Translations under genes and position numbers: made by a program
Notes under the pieces: generated by a model
Database searches by the model: none
Told to the model about the DNA's origin: nothing
Seen by the model: the letters and a program-made list of their open reading frames with translations, nothing else
Source of the DNA: Phoronis australis
Lineage: Eukaryota; Animalia; Phoronida
NCBI GenBank assembly: GCA_002633005.1
Contig: NMRA01000171.1
Location: forward strand, 248,001 to 312,000
Reading direction: 5' to 3'
Length of the DNA: 64,000 bases
Part shown: positions 49,901 to 63,900 of the stretch, one piece after another
Numbering within the stretch: the stretch's first letter is position 1
How the letters are laid out: every line of letters starts with the position of its first letter

Positions 49901-52900
49901 TATTGGCACCTCAAAACTGAAACCGACAAAGCACGTTATCTGGAGGTAAAGTAAATAAAACACATTAAGATCGCTGCGTAACATCTCCTGGGAACGTCTA
50001 AAGAGTAAGCCTTTGGGCCTGCATTCAGATATTTTCTAATGTACGTTTATTGGCTTAAACATCACAGGTCGTGTGGCAAACTCAAACTGATCCCAAGTGC
50101 TACTCAACATTTAGTAGACAGCCGCGCCCTGCTTATCAAAGGCATCACAGCCTATACTTAAGTGACACATAACCTGCCTGGAGGGAATCACCAGATCATA
50201 CAGGTTTAATGAATTAATAGTAATTAATAATTCCTGAGAAAAATGGGCAGATTGGAAAACTTCATCCGTGAGGCACCGCATGCTGAGGGGTCCATGAGTC
50301 ATATTCAAGTGAGCAATTTAATCTAAGCACATTTGAGGCTCATCAAAAGGCATAAAATTGCCTACCTACTATTAACATGTTTGTTTGCCACTTATATCAA
50401 CTAGTTTTAGTCAAAAGTACGAACATGTTTTGCTTAGCAACAAGTTTTCTTTTCTCCCACCATGAACAACTGCAAAGTAGGAAATATAATATTCAAGACT
50501 GTTTGTCCATTCCTTCCACTATGTTGCTATTATATATCTTTTCAACAAAGCATCAGATTTTGTTCATATTTTGTACAAAGCGGTGGGTGCGCCATCTCCA
50601 GGGGCTTGTCATGATTTTCAAGGTCATAGCAAGAAAATAATGTTTCACTTGAAAAATGTTGATACAATATCTCTTGAAGGAAATTCTGAATTTTTGTCAT
50701 ATTAAATACTTAGGTTGTACTTGGTATGAGTAATTCCAGATGACAGATAAATTGGGTGGCCAGGACACCTTTTTTTTCAAATTCAGAAGTTTTAATTTTG
50801 AAAATGTTGACCCAATTACACAAGTCACTTTGTTCATATTTTATACCAAGGTGTAAGAGGTATCTCCAGACGCCAGGCACTAGTCAAATTTGGTGACCTT
50901 GACTTCTTTTTCAAGGTCTACAAATGAGGAACTCCACTCTAAAAGATCCCATGAGTCACAATCAGGTGATCAATGCACTGGGTCCAGTAATGTGACCAAA
51001 GCACACCTGGTGCACCGTAAAAGGCATCAGCCCACCTGCTTACTTTTTTAGCATGTCTATATCTGCGAACTAGGTTTGGCAAAAGTACATATTTACATAT
51101 TTGCACACCTGGTGCATCGCAAAAGGCATCAGCCCACCTGTTTACTTTTTTAGCATGTCTATTTACATATTTTGCGTGGCTACTGCCAGCGGTTAAGTGT
51201 GAAGCAGGAGGCATTATATTCACTACCAGAAGCTTTAGATTTTGTTCATAATTTCTACTAAGGTGTAGGTTGGTCGAATCCACGCACCAGTCAATTTTGG
51301 TGACCTTTACATAATTTTCAAGGTCACAGTGAAGTCGGGAGAGGTATCCCTTGTGGTCTAATTGATGAGTGTCCTGGGATCATACCATTTGCAGTGCACC
51401 ATGGGTGCATGTCAACACCGCATTACTCCTATCAAACTTAGCAAGATATTCATCTGGCTTTTCTTTACACAAAAAAATTACTACTACATCAAAGTATAGC
51501 CTTGCGTATATCCCGAGGCGAAAGATAATTTAGTTATTTTAGTGTAAGTGGCTAAGCACTGTATAGTGGAATTACATATTTTGGTATGCATTTTCTATTT
51601 TTACTCCTCTTTTGAGTGTGACGCCTGGTATGTTTTTACCGAGAATGGTTTAGTTTCATTGGACAATAAAGGAAATTTATCTTGCCCACCTTGCTTACAA
51701 CACCCACACAAATTGATATTTGGAGTTTGCAAAAACTTGATTGATGTTCTCATTACTGAGGGTAACTTTCATTGTACATTAGGTGCACGCAAAGTGATGA
51801 ACTTGAAATTCAAAGCGGCTTTGAAAACTTGCATTTGAGTCTATAAACTAAGCAAGTGTGTGAGGGTGTCTGACCATTATGCGTAGAGATCATATCATGA
51901 GCTGTGACCTCAAGTGTTAAGTTTGGGTGTAAGTCAAGTTGTATATCAATTGGTTCTGGTCTGTATCTGGCTCATTTTGAAACCTGTGCTTCATTGTATA
52001 AGGAAAGACAATTCTCTAATTGGCATCATTTTAGCAAAGCACATTTTTTCAAATTGTAAAACTACCCAAATGTATCCAAGCTTTTTCTTTAGAACGAATT
52101 GATTAGGCAACTCAGCAACAATCACCTCTGTTTTGACCTTAATTTGACTTGGTTTTGACTCCCTCCACAGACCACAACCATTTCTGCTAATGTTGGCCTC
52201 ACTCAGTCCTTCAAGTTTCATTGTCGGGTCTTGTCCTAACTGTTGTTGTCCAGAATCTTGATGGCTAGTTTCTTTTTTCTGCATTTGTTTTATGATGGCC
52301 AGAAGACACATTTTCTGACAGTTTTAGTGATTTTTCTGTACAAACTAACGGTAGGTAACACTTGCCTTTTGTACCTTGGGCCTGTGTTTTTTATTACAGA
52401 CAAAGTCGATTGATTGATTGATTAATATCTATTAAATAAACATGACTTTTATATTTTCAATTTACATTTCAGTTTGAGCGGACACGTGACCCGTCCACCA
52501 TTTTACCCACTTACCAACTGAAAGATCGTGATTCGCCCTTAACTGAGAAGGATCTGGAAAAGCATTCTCCAGACAAAGTCAACCATACTGTCACACTGCC
52601 TGCTGTCACCAGTGACAAACCTGCTGCTAAAAAAGTTCTGGCTGTGAAACCCATGTCTCGTTTTGAGAAAAGTTTCCTGTCATTTTTGGATGGTGGCAGT
52701 AGTACATATAGCGGGGTGAAGTCTCCCGCTAACATCAGCGCATGCTCTGAAGTTACCCCCACAGCCATGAAAACAAACCTGTCTCCCAATGAGGATAGCA
52801 TAGAAGCAGATAACAGTGTTGCAGAGTCCAGTACTGTTTTGATGATGAGCACTCAGGTGGCGTTGAAAGATGTTCCAAACTCAAGTGTCGACGAGGATGT

Positions 52901-55208
52901 TCCAATGGTTGGCAGTGCCAACTTATTGACTGAAAGTATTTCTTTCAGCACAAACAGTCCAACACCGAAAAGCAAACCTAACTTAGCAAAAAATCAGTGC
53001 GCAGAATCAGAGTCTAGATCCACGCTGTCATGCACAAAGTGCTCATTTACCTATAGAAATGTGGCGCAGTTTGAGCAGCATACGAAGAAACACGAGAGAA
53101 GGGTACCTGTGAACTTGCGACCATCTAGGAATGCGAAGTCTAAAGCGCTTGACTGTTTTCATGATCAAGCGGTGTCTGAAGAAGAAGCTGACAGTAGTGA
53201 CGAGTATGAACCTGATGATCAAGAAGAGGGGGATGATGATGATGGTGTTGATTGGGATGATGAAAGCGTTGATTTGCAACCGGCTTTGAAAGCGCATAAT
53301 CAACAACAGCAAACATTGAAAAAGTCTTCCGTAAAGCGACGGAATGAAGAAGGCAAAGTCAAAGGTTCAAAGCAGCATCAGAAAGTGCATGAAATGAAGC
53401 AGCATGGTAAACGATACATAGAATTACCAGAGATTGGCGAGAATGAAAGATTTGTTTACGAGTGCATCCATTGCCCTGTCCTTTTCTCTTACTTGGACTC
53501 CCTCGACAGTCACTTGCGTCAAAAGCACGACTTGAAACTGGAGTGGTTCCCTTGTCCTTTTTGCTACATTAGCACACGAACTAAACGAGGACTGTACACA
53601 CATACTGCACAGGTTCATTCGAATGTAATCCAGAATGAAATGTTCGAGGCCTCAATTGCTGTTAGAGGGGAAGAGAAGTTGTTCACTCGTCATATCTACA
53701 CAGTAACTAATGATCACAAGCATCTTGTCAACGTCCCTAGGTCAATGATTAGCAAGTATATACGTTCTGTGGTCACTCCAGCTACCGAATGCATGACACC
53801 TAAGTTGCCTGACGTAAAAGCCAACAAGTTGGCAGCAGGGTACAAAACTGAGTCTTCTACAGTTATGAAAAATCAATCTTCTGATCCTTGCTCGACTAAA
53901 AATCCTTGGGACTCGTCTGGAGTTACTGCTTGTGAACCATGCACTGGTGAAAAATTAGACAAAAGTGTCAAAACGGTTGGCAGTAGTACCCACTGCAACA
54001 ACGGTGCATCTGGTCATGCAAATGCTCAATCTGATTTGTCAATGAGTCCCACTTCAGAATTATCACAGAATACCACATCTAAATTGCTTGTGAAGCCTAC
54101 ATTCGAATTACCAGTGACATCTGGATCTGAATTGCCAGGTAAGTCCACATTTGAATTGCCGGTAAAGGACACACCTGAACTACCAGTGAAGTCTGTGTCT
54201 GAATTATCAGTGAAGCCCAAAGCTGTCACAGTGGAGATCAGCACTCAAACCGAAACTGAAGTCATTGTAATAGACGACGATGATGATGCTGATGACAGCC
54301 CTCTCTCCTCGTCAGTGATGCACAAATCTGTCGGTGATTCGGTTTGTGTGATTGTGTCCTCTTCTAGCGAGTCTGACATGGAGGCAGATGAAACAAAGGT
54401 TGATGTGGCCATGGACAGTGCTAATGGTAACATCAGTCATGACAAAATTGCAAGACCAGAAGAAAGTAATGACAACGCCAATGAAACGAGAGAATCTCGT
54501 CAGATTAGTCTTGACGAGAAAATTGCAGCTAAACTTGACTTTAAAGATTCTGAGAGTTGTGATGTGGAAGGAAATTTTGATGAGGAGTCTGATTACAGCA
54601 TTTTTAATATTCAGTCATCTAATATTATTGCATCTTCAAAAGAGGAGGAAGATTGCGACGGATTAATTTTAGACTGTGAGCCAGCAGATGGCGATGTTTC
54701 AAGCTTGCAAAAAGAAGGCAGGAATGTCAAAGCTGAAGTTATTGATGTGGAGGATGAAGATGACGAAGAGTTTGCTGTATTTAATGTTCCAGTTGGCACT
54801 AGTAGCGATAAAAGTCTATCTGGCCATGTAGCCGATAATGAAAGAAGCCTTAGTGTAGAGGAGGAAGAGTTTACCGTCAGTATTGAGGCATTGAGTGCAC
54901 CCAGTGAACCAATGATTGATGGACTCAACCCTGAGCTTTTCATGAACTATGAGATGTTTCCGCAACATTCTATTTACCCCGAGGTATTCGAATGCAAAAG
55001 GTTTTTCCACGTTTGTGACTTCATATGTTTATCCTGTAGAAGGAAAGAAATCTTAGAGCACTTGAAGGGTCGCCATACTCGCTATAAATGTGGCCATTGT
55101 CCTTTCAACCTGTTTTTTGCTCGGCACAATGCTCTGAAGATATTGGAAAGACACCACTACAGCGACCACCCTTGTCTTCCATTTAGAGCGTCTTATGTTT
55201 ATCTTTAG
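43977..55208 (+). CDS. Uncharacterised large C2H2-type zinc-finger protein (about 1370 aa; 5' end not resolved)
   Basis: Phase-consistent exons 43977-44660 (0/0, Lys-rich), 47787-48396 (0/1, two fingers), 49875-49945 (1/0) and 52473-55208 (0/stop). Fingers include FKCIHC..H..H, WHCGIC..H..H, LSCTKC..HTKKH, YECIHC..HLRQKH, FPCPFC..HTAQVH and a C-terminal atypical pair; acidic tracts lie between them. Confidence 0.85.
44838..47410 (+). mobile_element. HINE copy in a zinc-finger gene intron, interrupted by unrelated sequence at about 45945-46730
   Basis: 5' hairpin ATGCACCCACATATTTATATGTGGGTGCAT and many CCTAGTGGC / ATGAAATTT subrepeats on both sides of the interruption. Confidence 0.7.
48609..49177. 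mobile_element. PIF/Harbinger MITE
   Basis: About 40-bp TIR GGGCTGTTCCAG(T/C)AAAATCTGT(A/G)TGGGAGGGGGGGAAGGCA; TAA TSD on both sides; internal CCACCC repeats. Confidence 0.9.
51001..51160. repeat. Direct repeat of about 60 bp (2 copies) inside a degenerate interspersed repeat
   Basis: GCACACCTGGTGCA...TTTTAGCATGTCTAT at 51001 and 51103; flanked by GGTGACCTT...TTCAAGGTC motifs. Confidence 0.75.
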
Positions 55209-56290
55209 GTCCTTATGAGTTTGCTTAGGCTGGGATGCACTCTTCTACAGGACGGAGAAACATTCAAACAGTCCAGAGAAGTCGGTCAGCTTTAGTGGGT
55301 CAAGTTGTGATGCAATATTGAATCTATGGCCAGAATATGAGAATTTGACTTAGAGACCGAGACCCATCCTGCGCTGTATTCCAGAGAGGTTTCTCGAACA
55401 TACGTGCATGGTACATTATGTTGAGGCAAAGATTTTTGGGCTAATTCATTCTCAGTTCAGTTGTTAATTCGGAGTCATGGGCTTCATTCAGTGAGGCAGT
55501 GCAATACACAACTGAGCTAAACTGTACATCATAGGCAAAGCTTTTTAGTGTCATTTATAGGAAATTGCCGATAAGGATTTCGGTGTCAGGCAGTCAATTT
55601 ATTGCTTTCAGCTAATTTCAAAGACGAGCTACCTAATATATGCGCCTATTGACCATCCACTCCAAGCACAGGGTTAAGTGGACAATGGAAAACCCCTTTT
55701 TCTTGTGTGCACTTCATCATTGCATTTTGTGTACAGTATTTTGCTACACTTTGGGGCAGACTCTTCATGTACTTTTTATTATGTAGTAAAATAATACCGA
55801 TGAAATGTGTATGGCAGTGAAATTCTCTAGTATTTGTGTGTTATTGTGAAATTTTATTTTAAATTCGTCTGTGAAAAGTACTGCTCTATTTATTCCTGGT
55901 TTCTATGCTGATTGACAACCAAAGTTGGGTTTATTGCTGCTTTAAATTCAATATCCTACATTAGTGTGATTCACACCATGTTACCCCTCTGTGGTCCAAG
56001 CCTTGCACTCAATGACACCCATAAGTCGTTCAAAGACACTGGTTCTTTAGTTGCCTACAACTCATGTTACAGTTGTTGTGTGAGTAATCATTTAAAGACA
56101 GCAAGGTAAATTACGCAGTTAAATATTATTATTATTATTTGTTATGGTATGCTGCATGAGCTACCAAACTGTAGTTTTTAGGTAAAAAATTCATATTTAA
56201 GTAGTTGATTTATAAGATAATCACAGCAGCGGTATATTGGTGAATATGTTGAGAAATGTTTTCATTGAATGCTTAGCCGTTTCATGTGAC

Positions 56291-56296
56291 AATAAA
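56291..56296 (+). terminator. Candidate polyadenylation signal of the zinc-finger gene
   Basis: AATAAA about 1.1 kb after the stop, followed by GT/T-rich sequence. Other AATAAA sites exist further downstream. Confidence 0.35.
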
Positions 56297-58926
56297 AAGT
56301 TATGGATGCAATCAACATCTCATTCACCTGGCGTTAGTTGTTACCTTTGGTTGTCCATCAATTTTTTTGGAAACCATTTTGAGGGATGATTATGAGACTA
56401 GGAGGAGACTTATACAGCAAGAATCCACTGGCACTAGTTGATTTTCAGACACATTTGACTACCGTAGCACAGTCACCCTGTTGACTGCTATAGTTTTGAC
56501 TTGAAATGCCCTGTCCATCAATTATTGATGAATGTCCTGGTGAATTTTGGGGAAACGGAGCTCCTAGGCATGGGGTGGGAATACACTTGTACCAGTTGAT
56601 TTGGGCAGATTCAGCTACCGTGGTACCCCCTGTTGGCTGTTTCGACAAGAAATACATGGTTTGACAAATTCGTCAATTTTTGGCAAAACTTCTTGATGCT
56701 GTGATCCAATTGATTATTTGACAAATTAGACTAATGTAGCACCCCCTGTTGGCCATTCAAGTTATTGACAAGGTGGTATAGAGGTGTAACTGCTTACTAT
56801 AATTTTAAATGACAATATAGGGGTCCCATTTTGGATGCACAAACTTAAATTTGTTATATCATTTTAATATGGATAAGCTGTGTATGGCTGGGACTTCCAG
56901 CTTCAACCAAAATCACTATTTTAATGGTATTGTGTAATTTTAATAACTCTTGGACAGTGTTTATAGGGCAGTCATGTGTGCATTGAATTCTCTGGATAGT
57001 GCCCAGAGGGTTTTGTACTGTGTACATTGCTTTGGTCTTCTGATGGATGTTCTCTCAAGGCTCTCGGGTGGTCATGTTTCAGTTAAAAATCACTGTATGG
57101 TTGTGATTAGTAACATAGGAAAATGAGCTAAGGAAAGATTTCTATCTTGTGGTGTAACTCAAGTGTTACCTTATAACTTCTTAAAATGCACAGAGTATTC
57201 TAGGCTTTATAATCATGCCTTAGCTCGACATGAATTGGCAGTTTACAGTGCTGTTCATATCAAATATTTCTAGTCAGACTTAATGGTGAACAAGTAAAGG
57301 GTTATTGGGCAGAATGATTTTTAGAATGACACTGGTGCTATACTCTGCCTGTTTAATACAAAATGACCCGTCGATATAAATCCAAGACTACACAAGACAT
57401 AGCTTAAGTTTTAACGTGATTTAGTAGCTTGTATTGTCAGTATTTTCTACTAGTTAAGTACTAATACATAGTCAACCAAAATACGTTTTTGTGCAATTGT
57501 CTGATTAAGTTACCCAACTATAAGCGTTAGCCTCTAGACTTTATTCAGTATTATTGGTGAACTTTTACACTCGTGTAATGTTCCTATTTTAATGTCGACA
57601 CGCAATAAAAATTATATTTTGTTACCTGTAATTTTGAGTCAATTTTATTTCACGTTCGTATACCCATCCAAAGGGGAACCTGCAAGTTTGGGATGGACCA
57701 GCCCCAGCCTCACTTCAGTTTATAAATTTGTAATCCTGGAAAACTTACTTTCTAATGCTTTTGAAGAGAATACCACTGTTTAGGCCTTTTAGATTGTTGC
57801 TCTATAAATAATGCGATGCAATTCTCTGATGGAATGTATGTTCATGAAAACCATACATGAAAAGTGAAAAATTTTATCTTTAAAGGAGGAGATTGCAGTA
57901 AATACCTTCTGCAAAATTGCGTTATAGAATGACTGAAGATATTAAGGCAGTAATGAGGCAATAAGTGTTTTCACTTAAAAATTTTTCAGTGAAGCGTATC
58001 ACAATTGACGGAAATGACTCTAAAGACACTGCAGTGCTCCAACAATGTGCAAGCTCTCATTCACAAATACTGACACTGGTTTACAGGAGACAATTTTCAA
58101 TGACATATTTGAGCTTTTGTATTAAATGATCAGTGACAATTTAAAACTTAGTGGTTACTGCAACATACTGTAATGGACAGATACCATTCAACTGTAAACA
58201 GTTGATGTACAACCCTTTAGTGTTCTTGTGAAACCATATTTATAATTCAGGTGTGCAAGGTGGCCAGAGGTGACGAGGACTAAATGCAATTTCTTTTGTG
58301 GAAATTTTGAGACTGGACTATTTTGTGCGACTTATTTAAATATTACACTGCACAACAGTGGCAACTTGATAACAAGATGGTCTTGGAATTTGTAAAAAAA
58401 ATGTTGAATGCTGTCTAGTACCAACACCTCAATCATCATCTGATGAGGCGTATTTCATTGTTGGTGTCATGACAGAACCGATGTACCCAGTTTAAATATG
58501 AGTATGGCAACAGACATTGTCTTGAAACTAGCAAAGTAAAACCACTTGGACTGCAAACCTTTCATTATACAGCTAGCGCAATAAAGGTCTATTGGTAAGA
58601 AACAATTACATTTCAACCCCCCCACCCCCCGAAATTTACTGAATTCAAATCACCCCTCCAACAATATGTGCAGCTATTGTACCCGATTTGTAGTGTCTCT
58701 TGTGCACACAGGTTTAACTGACTTCTCAGAGAGCACACTAATGAAGTTGAACTCGTTTTATTTCAGGAGCTCTGAGATTATCATGGTTATTCGAAAGTTT
58801 TTAACATTACTTGTGACCACAAAGTGAAGTCCTTAACAAGGAATGTGCTTTCATCTGAACAATAAATGGGACTACTTCACAAAACACTTTAGGTATAGAA
58901 GCTTCGCAGACTGTTGATATATGCAA

Positions 58927-59048
58927 CCACATGTATCACAAATGGCAGGTTAATATTAATTATAAGAGTGACCACATGTATCACAAATGGCAGGTTAATA
59001 TTAATTATAAGAGTGACCACATGTATCACAAATGGCAGGTTAATATTA
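58927..59048. repeat. 45-bp tandem repeat, about 2.7 copies
   Basis: Unit CCACATGTATCACAAATGGCAGGTTAATATTAATTATAAGAGTGA. Confidence 0.92.
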
Positions 59049-59241
59049 TAATAAGTCACTATATTATAAAGAGTTTGCTAAGAATGGGCTATGTTTCATC
59101 AATGACTTTCTTGATGCTGAAAATAAGCTTTTATCGTGGGAGGTGCTCAAGGCAAAATATAAATTGGTAAATTCTCAAATTCTGAGTTTTAATTCAATAT
59201 GTATTGTTTTATCTAGAAAAATTGATCAAGGTCATTAGCGA

Positions 59242-60075
59242 TTGGTTGGCTGCAACAATAAAATTTGCTTAGATTATAATAAAATTCCAAAAGAAAAAAT
59301 CAAGAGGATTTTGATACAAAAGTATTGCAAAAAATCAGACAATTATGAAAAATTGTTGCAGCATTACTCCAAACAAGATATCCGAAAAATTTATTCCTTG
59401 CCTTTTACACTTCCCCTCGAACCATGCATTAAATCTTTTAAGTATATGTTGTTACATAACAGAGTGTATACTAACTCTTTGTTATATAAGATGAAGATTG
59501 TTAATTCAGATAAATGTCCCTATTGTAATCTAGTACAGAGTACTGAACACATGTTTTTCCTTTGTGATGTAGTGCAAAGATTGTTGATTAATGTTCAGGA
59601 TATTTTGACATCTTCCCTTAAGGAAGAAGTCAGAATAACCAAAAATGAAATCATGTTTTGCCATTTAGTTTCTGAATTCTCCCTGTTGATTAATTATGTT
59701 ATCACTATCGCCCAATATTTTATTTATTTACGTAGCCAACAGCACTTGCATCCAGATTGGTCTGCCCATAAAATATTCATGTCAAAATATATTAAAATTT
59801 CAATAGATAATTTTCGAAAACAAAAAGAACGGTACAATATTAATATTAAAATGTGGGAGAGCCTCAGTGTTGCCATGCAACGAATCTGTGATATCTGTAA
59901 TATACTTAACTCATATATTGTTTAGTAGTATTATCATTAAATGATGAAGTGTGTGAATGAGTGTGCGAGTGTGTGCGTGAAAGTCCTTGCCCCTTTTCCT
60001 TGTTCACCCTTTCACCCTTTAAAAATTATCAATGTATATTATTGAAGAATAAAATTATGACAAAAAAAAAAAAAA
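59242..60075 (+). mobile_element. 5'-truncated L1/Tx1-clade non-LTR retrotransposon (ORF2 C-terminal zf-RVT, 3'UTR, poly-A)
   Basis: ORF 59242-59925 has LLHNRVYTN..L....CPYC....STEHMFFLC (CCHC); AATAAA at about 60048 and an A14 tail at 60062-60075. Confidence 0.88.
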
Positions 60076-60461
60076 CAATGAAACCATCATAGACCCAAGC
60101 CTAACTTCAAAATTCGAAAACGGCGCAAATACGCATTGACTGTGACCTGAGCTACTAGCACATTTGGTAACACTCGGATAAATGAGGCAATATTTCTTAA
60201 GCCCTTAAGAGCTTTGATGTAGAATTCAACACTGATAAGCAAACACAGGCCAAATGCCTCTTTAACTTTAATTTACACACATTAGATAAAAACGTAGGCC
60301 TATCTAACTTGTAAATGGGAGATAATTTCTTGAAATACAAGTCAAATACAAAGTAACCACATAACATCATAGACAAAAATCTTTTAAATTTATTATAAGT
60401 CAGACAACCATCTTGACAAAATGTTTGAAAGGTTCAGATAAGAGTAGTAAATGACACACAA

Positions 60462-60523
60462 AATAAATAACACTTCAGTTAAGCATCACTGAATAAATAA
60501 CACCTCAGTTAAGCATCACTGAA
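60462..60523. repeat. 30-bp tandem duplication in the probable PRELID3 3'UTR
   Basis: AATAAATAACAC(T/C)TCAGTTAAGCATCACTG x2. Confidence 0.8.
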
Positions 60524-60962
60524 TTTTGAATTAGCAGTGAGTTAACTGTAAATAATCATTTAGACCCTTTAATTAGAAATTACTTAAAGAGTTACGCAGG
60601 GTCTTGATATGCACCCACCATGTGCATCACAGGGCTTAGATATGCACCTAAGCATAATATATGAGGGTGCACAATGATTAATGATTGTACAGCACGCAGT
60701 TGCAACCATTTTCTAATCATAACCAAACTTTTGTGTAACAATTGCCGAAGGAAAAGGTGAAGTTTTAATTGAAAAGTAGATAACAAATATCCCAGAGTTA
60801 AAGTAAACATCAGAAAAAGGTTCTACTTTAAAGGTTCAATTCTGAAATGACATGCAAAATAATTTTTTTATAAAATAGATTCAAACTATAGATAGTATGA
60901 TAGCACTCCCGATATAAGCAAAACAATCAACTGTGCTCAGTGTGACTGTCCATGGCTGCTAG

Positions 60963-63900
60963 TCATAAGGGTGAGGTGTTAGGTGGCATCAGTGTTGTCT
61001 GCACCTCTTCTTTCACTCTGGCGATGACCCACTCCATACCCTCTCGCCCCTGGCAACATACATTAAACAAATTAAACACTTGGTATGCAGTTTGACAATG
61101 ACTCTACTTCTCCATAATTCACTTGGACATACAAGTGATAACAAGTTAGTACAGAAGACAACCATGCATACTTGAGATCTTACCCAGATTCACAGTGGAG
61201 GTTTGATTACGTAACCACCAAACGAAATCTCCCACATTACCCTATCTATGCAACTTAAACTATACTTTGACAGTATTTTTATCATCCGTAGTATTTTGGT
61301 TGCCTAATAAGGAACATGAAATTGCCAAGGTGGAACCAGTGAAATAACATTCCCACCTGCAGAAATGAAGGTAATCATAGGAGTGTGGGCGAGAGAGCAC
61401 ACATAGCCACCACCAGCACTACTACAGCTACTGACCTTGTGGGCATTACCAGCCATGTTCTTCTCTATCATGCCCTCCAGGTGACTACTCAACGGCACAC
61501 CATTAACACAGATTGTTGCCTCCTGTCGTAGTAATGTACTGCAAGGTTCATAAAATGAACAAGGTTAGAGACGTGAGTGACTACTTTCTTGCATCAATCT
61601 TTTCGGCTTCCAAAGTTCATCTAGGGGTGCACTGCAGTGATGCTCTGCTCAATAACTATGAGGGCGCATCAAAAGAAAATTCACCCGAGACGAGCAAAAA
61701 TTATGCGGGATTAGTATTTTACTCGTCATGTGGCAAATCATGGCGGTTGATACATTGCTCATCATTTCTTACATGCTTCAAAAAAGAACACGCGAACTTG
61801 GCTGAAACTGATGCGGGCAGGTATCACAATTAGTCGAGGTAGAGACCAGAACCAGCTACACTTTTTTGGCTTTAATGTTTCTCGTCACTTTGCAATTTAT
61901 AACTTCTATCAGTTTACAGACTGTATTTCATGAAACAATAAGACAAATACGACCTAATTACATGTACATCAATCTGTTTTTTCCTAACTTTCAATTCATT
62001 CAAAAATTAAAGGGTGTCAACTAACACTGAAAAGAACCTCGTTTTGGTGTTTACCCCAAAACTGGTTCTGTGACAAGCTATTAGAAGTTGCAGATTTTAG
62101 CGAAAGAACTAAATATTAATAGCAAAAGAAAATCAAAATATTTTGATAAGCAAGCTAAAATAACAGTTGGAAGTGCCGTCTGCGATAAATTCGGGAATCT
62201 TATTCTGTTCGACCATTCACATTTTATTCAATCATCCTTTATTGTCACTAATTATGTCATTGTCTTCTGTCACTTCCTGGTAATGGTCAGATATAATGTA
62301 CCCTCATTTTGGGAACCAGTTTCCTCTACTGAATAACGGGCATCAATTTGGTTTTCAAAATATGGCCATGTTATATCTGACTATTGCACCCTTCGTTAAT
62401 TTGACCGTTCGCGAAAATCCGACAAAGATACAAAGGCAAAAATGAGGTTGCTGCTAGGTACACAGTGGTAGTCCGATCCATTTGACAATTTGCACCTACA
62501 GTCGCATCAAAAACATGAACTTGTTTTTGAAATTTCACAGACGCCTATCAAAAGGTTTTGAAGATACAGCAGCAGACAACCAACAGATGTAGATGAAGGA
62601 ATATGTGCCCAACAAACACAATGCAAAAACACAATATACCTATTGAAACTAAAGCTAACTATAACATACCAATTCCTTTCTTGTGGATGTGGAGTGTACA
62701 CTAGAGTTTCATCAATAGTTACGAAATTACAGAAGTCCAGCTGAAATGCATGAACTTATGGGTTCAATAGTGCACAATTTAACACAAAAGCATGTCACAT
62801 ATAACATCTTAAATATACAATAGCAATACTTCTGTTTAGCTGAAGCATCATCATCATCAAGCTATGTCCTAATGACAAGAAATCCCTGTCTGGCATTCTC
62901 CCATGCCTGGTTGCCATGCCGCAGTCTATGTGTGACAGTAGTAAAGGCTGAATGTTTTCCATGCTAAGTGTCTGTGAAAGTAACATTCGATCTAAACCGT
63001 GAGATTAATTTTGTAACCACCAACCGAGAGCCTCTTCTGGCCACTAATTGTCCACCCCTAACTGTGGGTTTAATATGTTTTCTAATCAATGACAAAGCTT
63101 CGTGGTAATTTTATCAAACTGAGCACTGATAAACATTGGTATACTTTGGTAACAGTCTTTCCTTCAAACATGTAATGTTGAAAATCTGACACTATGCATT
63201 GCGTTCACGATCTTATTTACCCCTTACTTTCTGTGATTGTTGTCAGATATTGCCCTATCCTGTGCCTAACACATGTGGTCATTCAATCCTAGTGCATTGT
63301 GTTCCACGTTTTTGTCTTTGTTTTGTGCTTGACAATGTTCGAAGATCCAGAATCAATGTTGAGTTAAATAAATGCGTTTTATTGTTGCTTAATGGACTGA
63401 CCCCAGATCACAAAGTTCAAATGCAATTAGGATAATGCACAATGCATCCTCTAAGATTTTCAACATCACAACGAAAAACAGTGCAGGATTTTCTTGTAGT
63501 TGGAGACAACTTAAAGGACTAAAGGTTTTCACATGACTTTTAATTCCCTTTTTACCAAATGTATCACATTTTTCTACTTATTGGGTAACATCTCTAAGAC
63601 TCAAATACTTACATTTCGCGACCTCAGCAACAGAGATTTTTTCCTTGGATCAACTTCTGAGTATTCACTCACATGGCAAAAGTCCTTCATTCCCACAAGC
63701 TGAAATAAAAATCAGCACACAAACATTATTATTTCTAGAAGCATATTCGTGTTGTTGATCGGCAATTATTTAATTGAACTACTGCTTCCAGTAAACACAA
63801 CAAAATACCACTCTGATTCCGAATCAAGTGAAGCTGAATATGGGAGACCAATTATACATTACATAAGAGGTGTGTAGGGGAGAATGTTTTGTTGACTAAC

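Noticed and set aside
56538-56570. EFWGNGAP as UBTD exon 2
   Set aside because: Superficial resemblance to EFWDTAP; the surrounding conserved residues and a suitable acceptor are absent.
61657-61830. Mariner-like terminal sequence TATGAGGGCGCATCAAAA
   Set aside because: No matching opposite TIR or transposase remnant was found.
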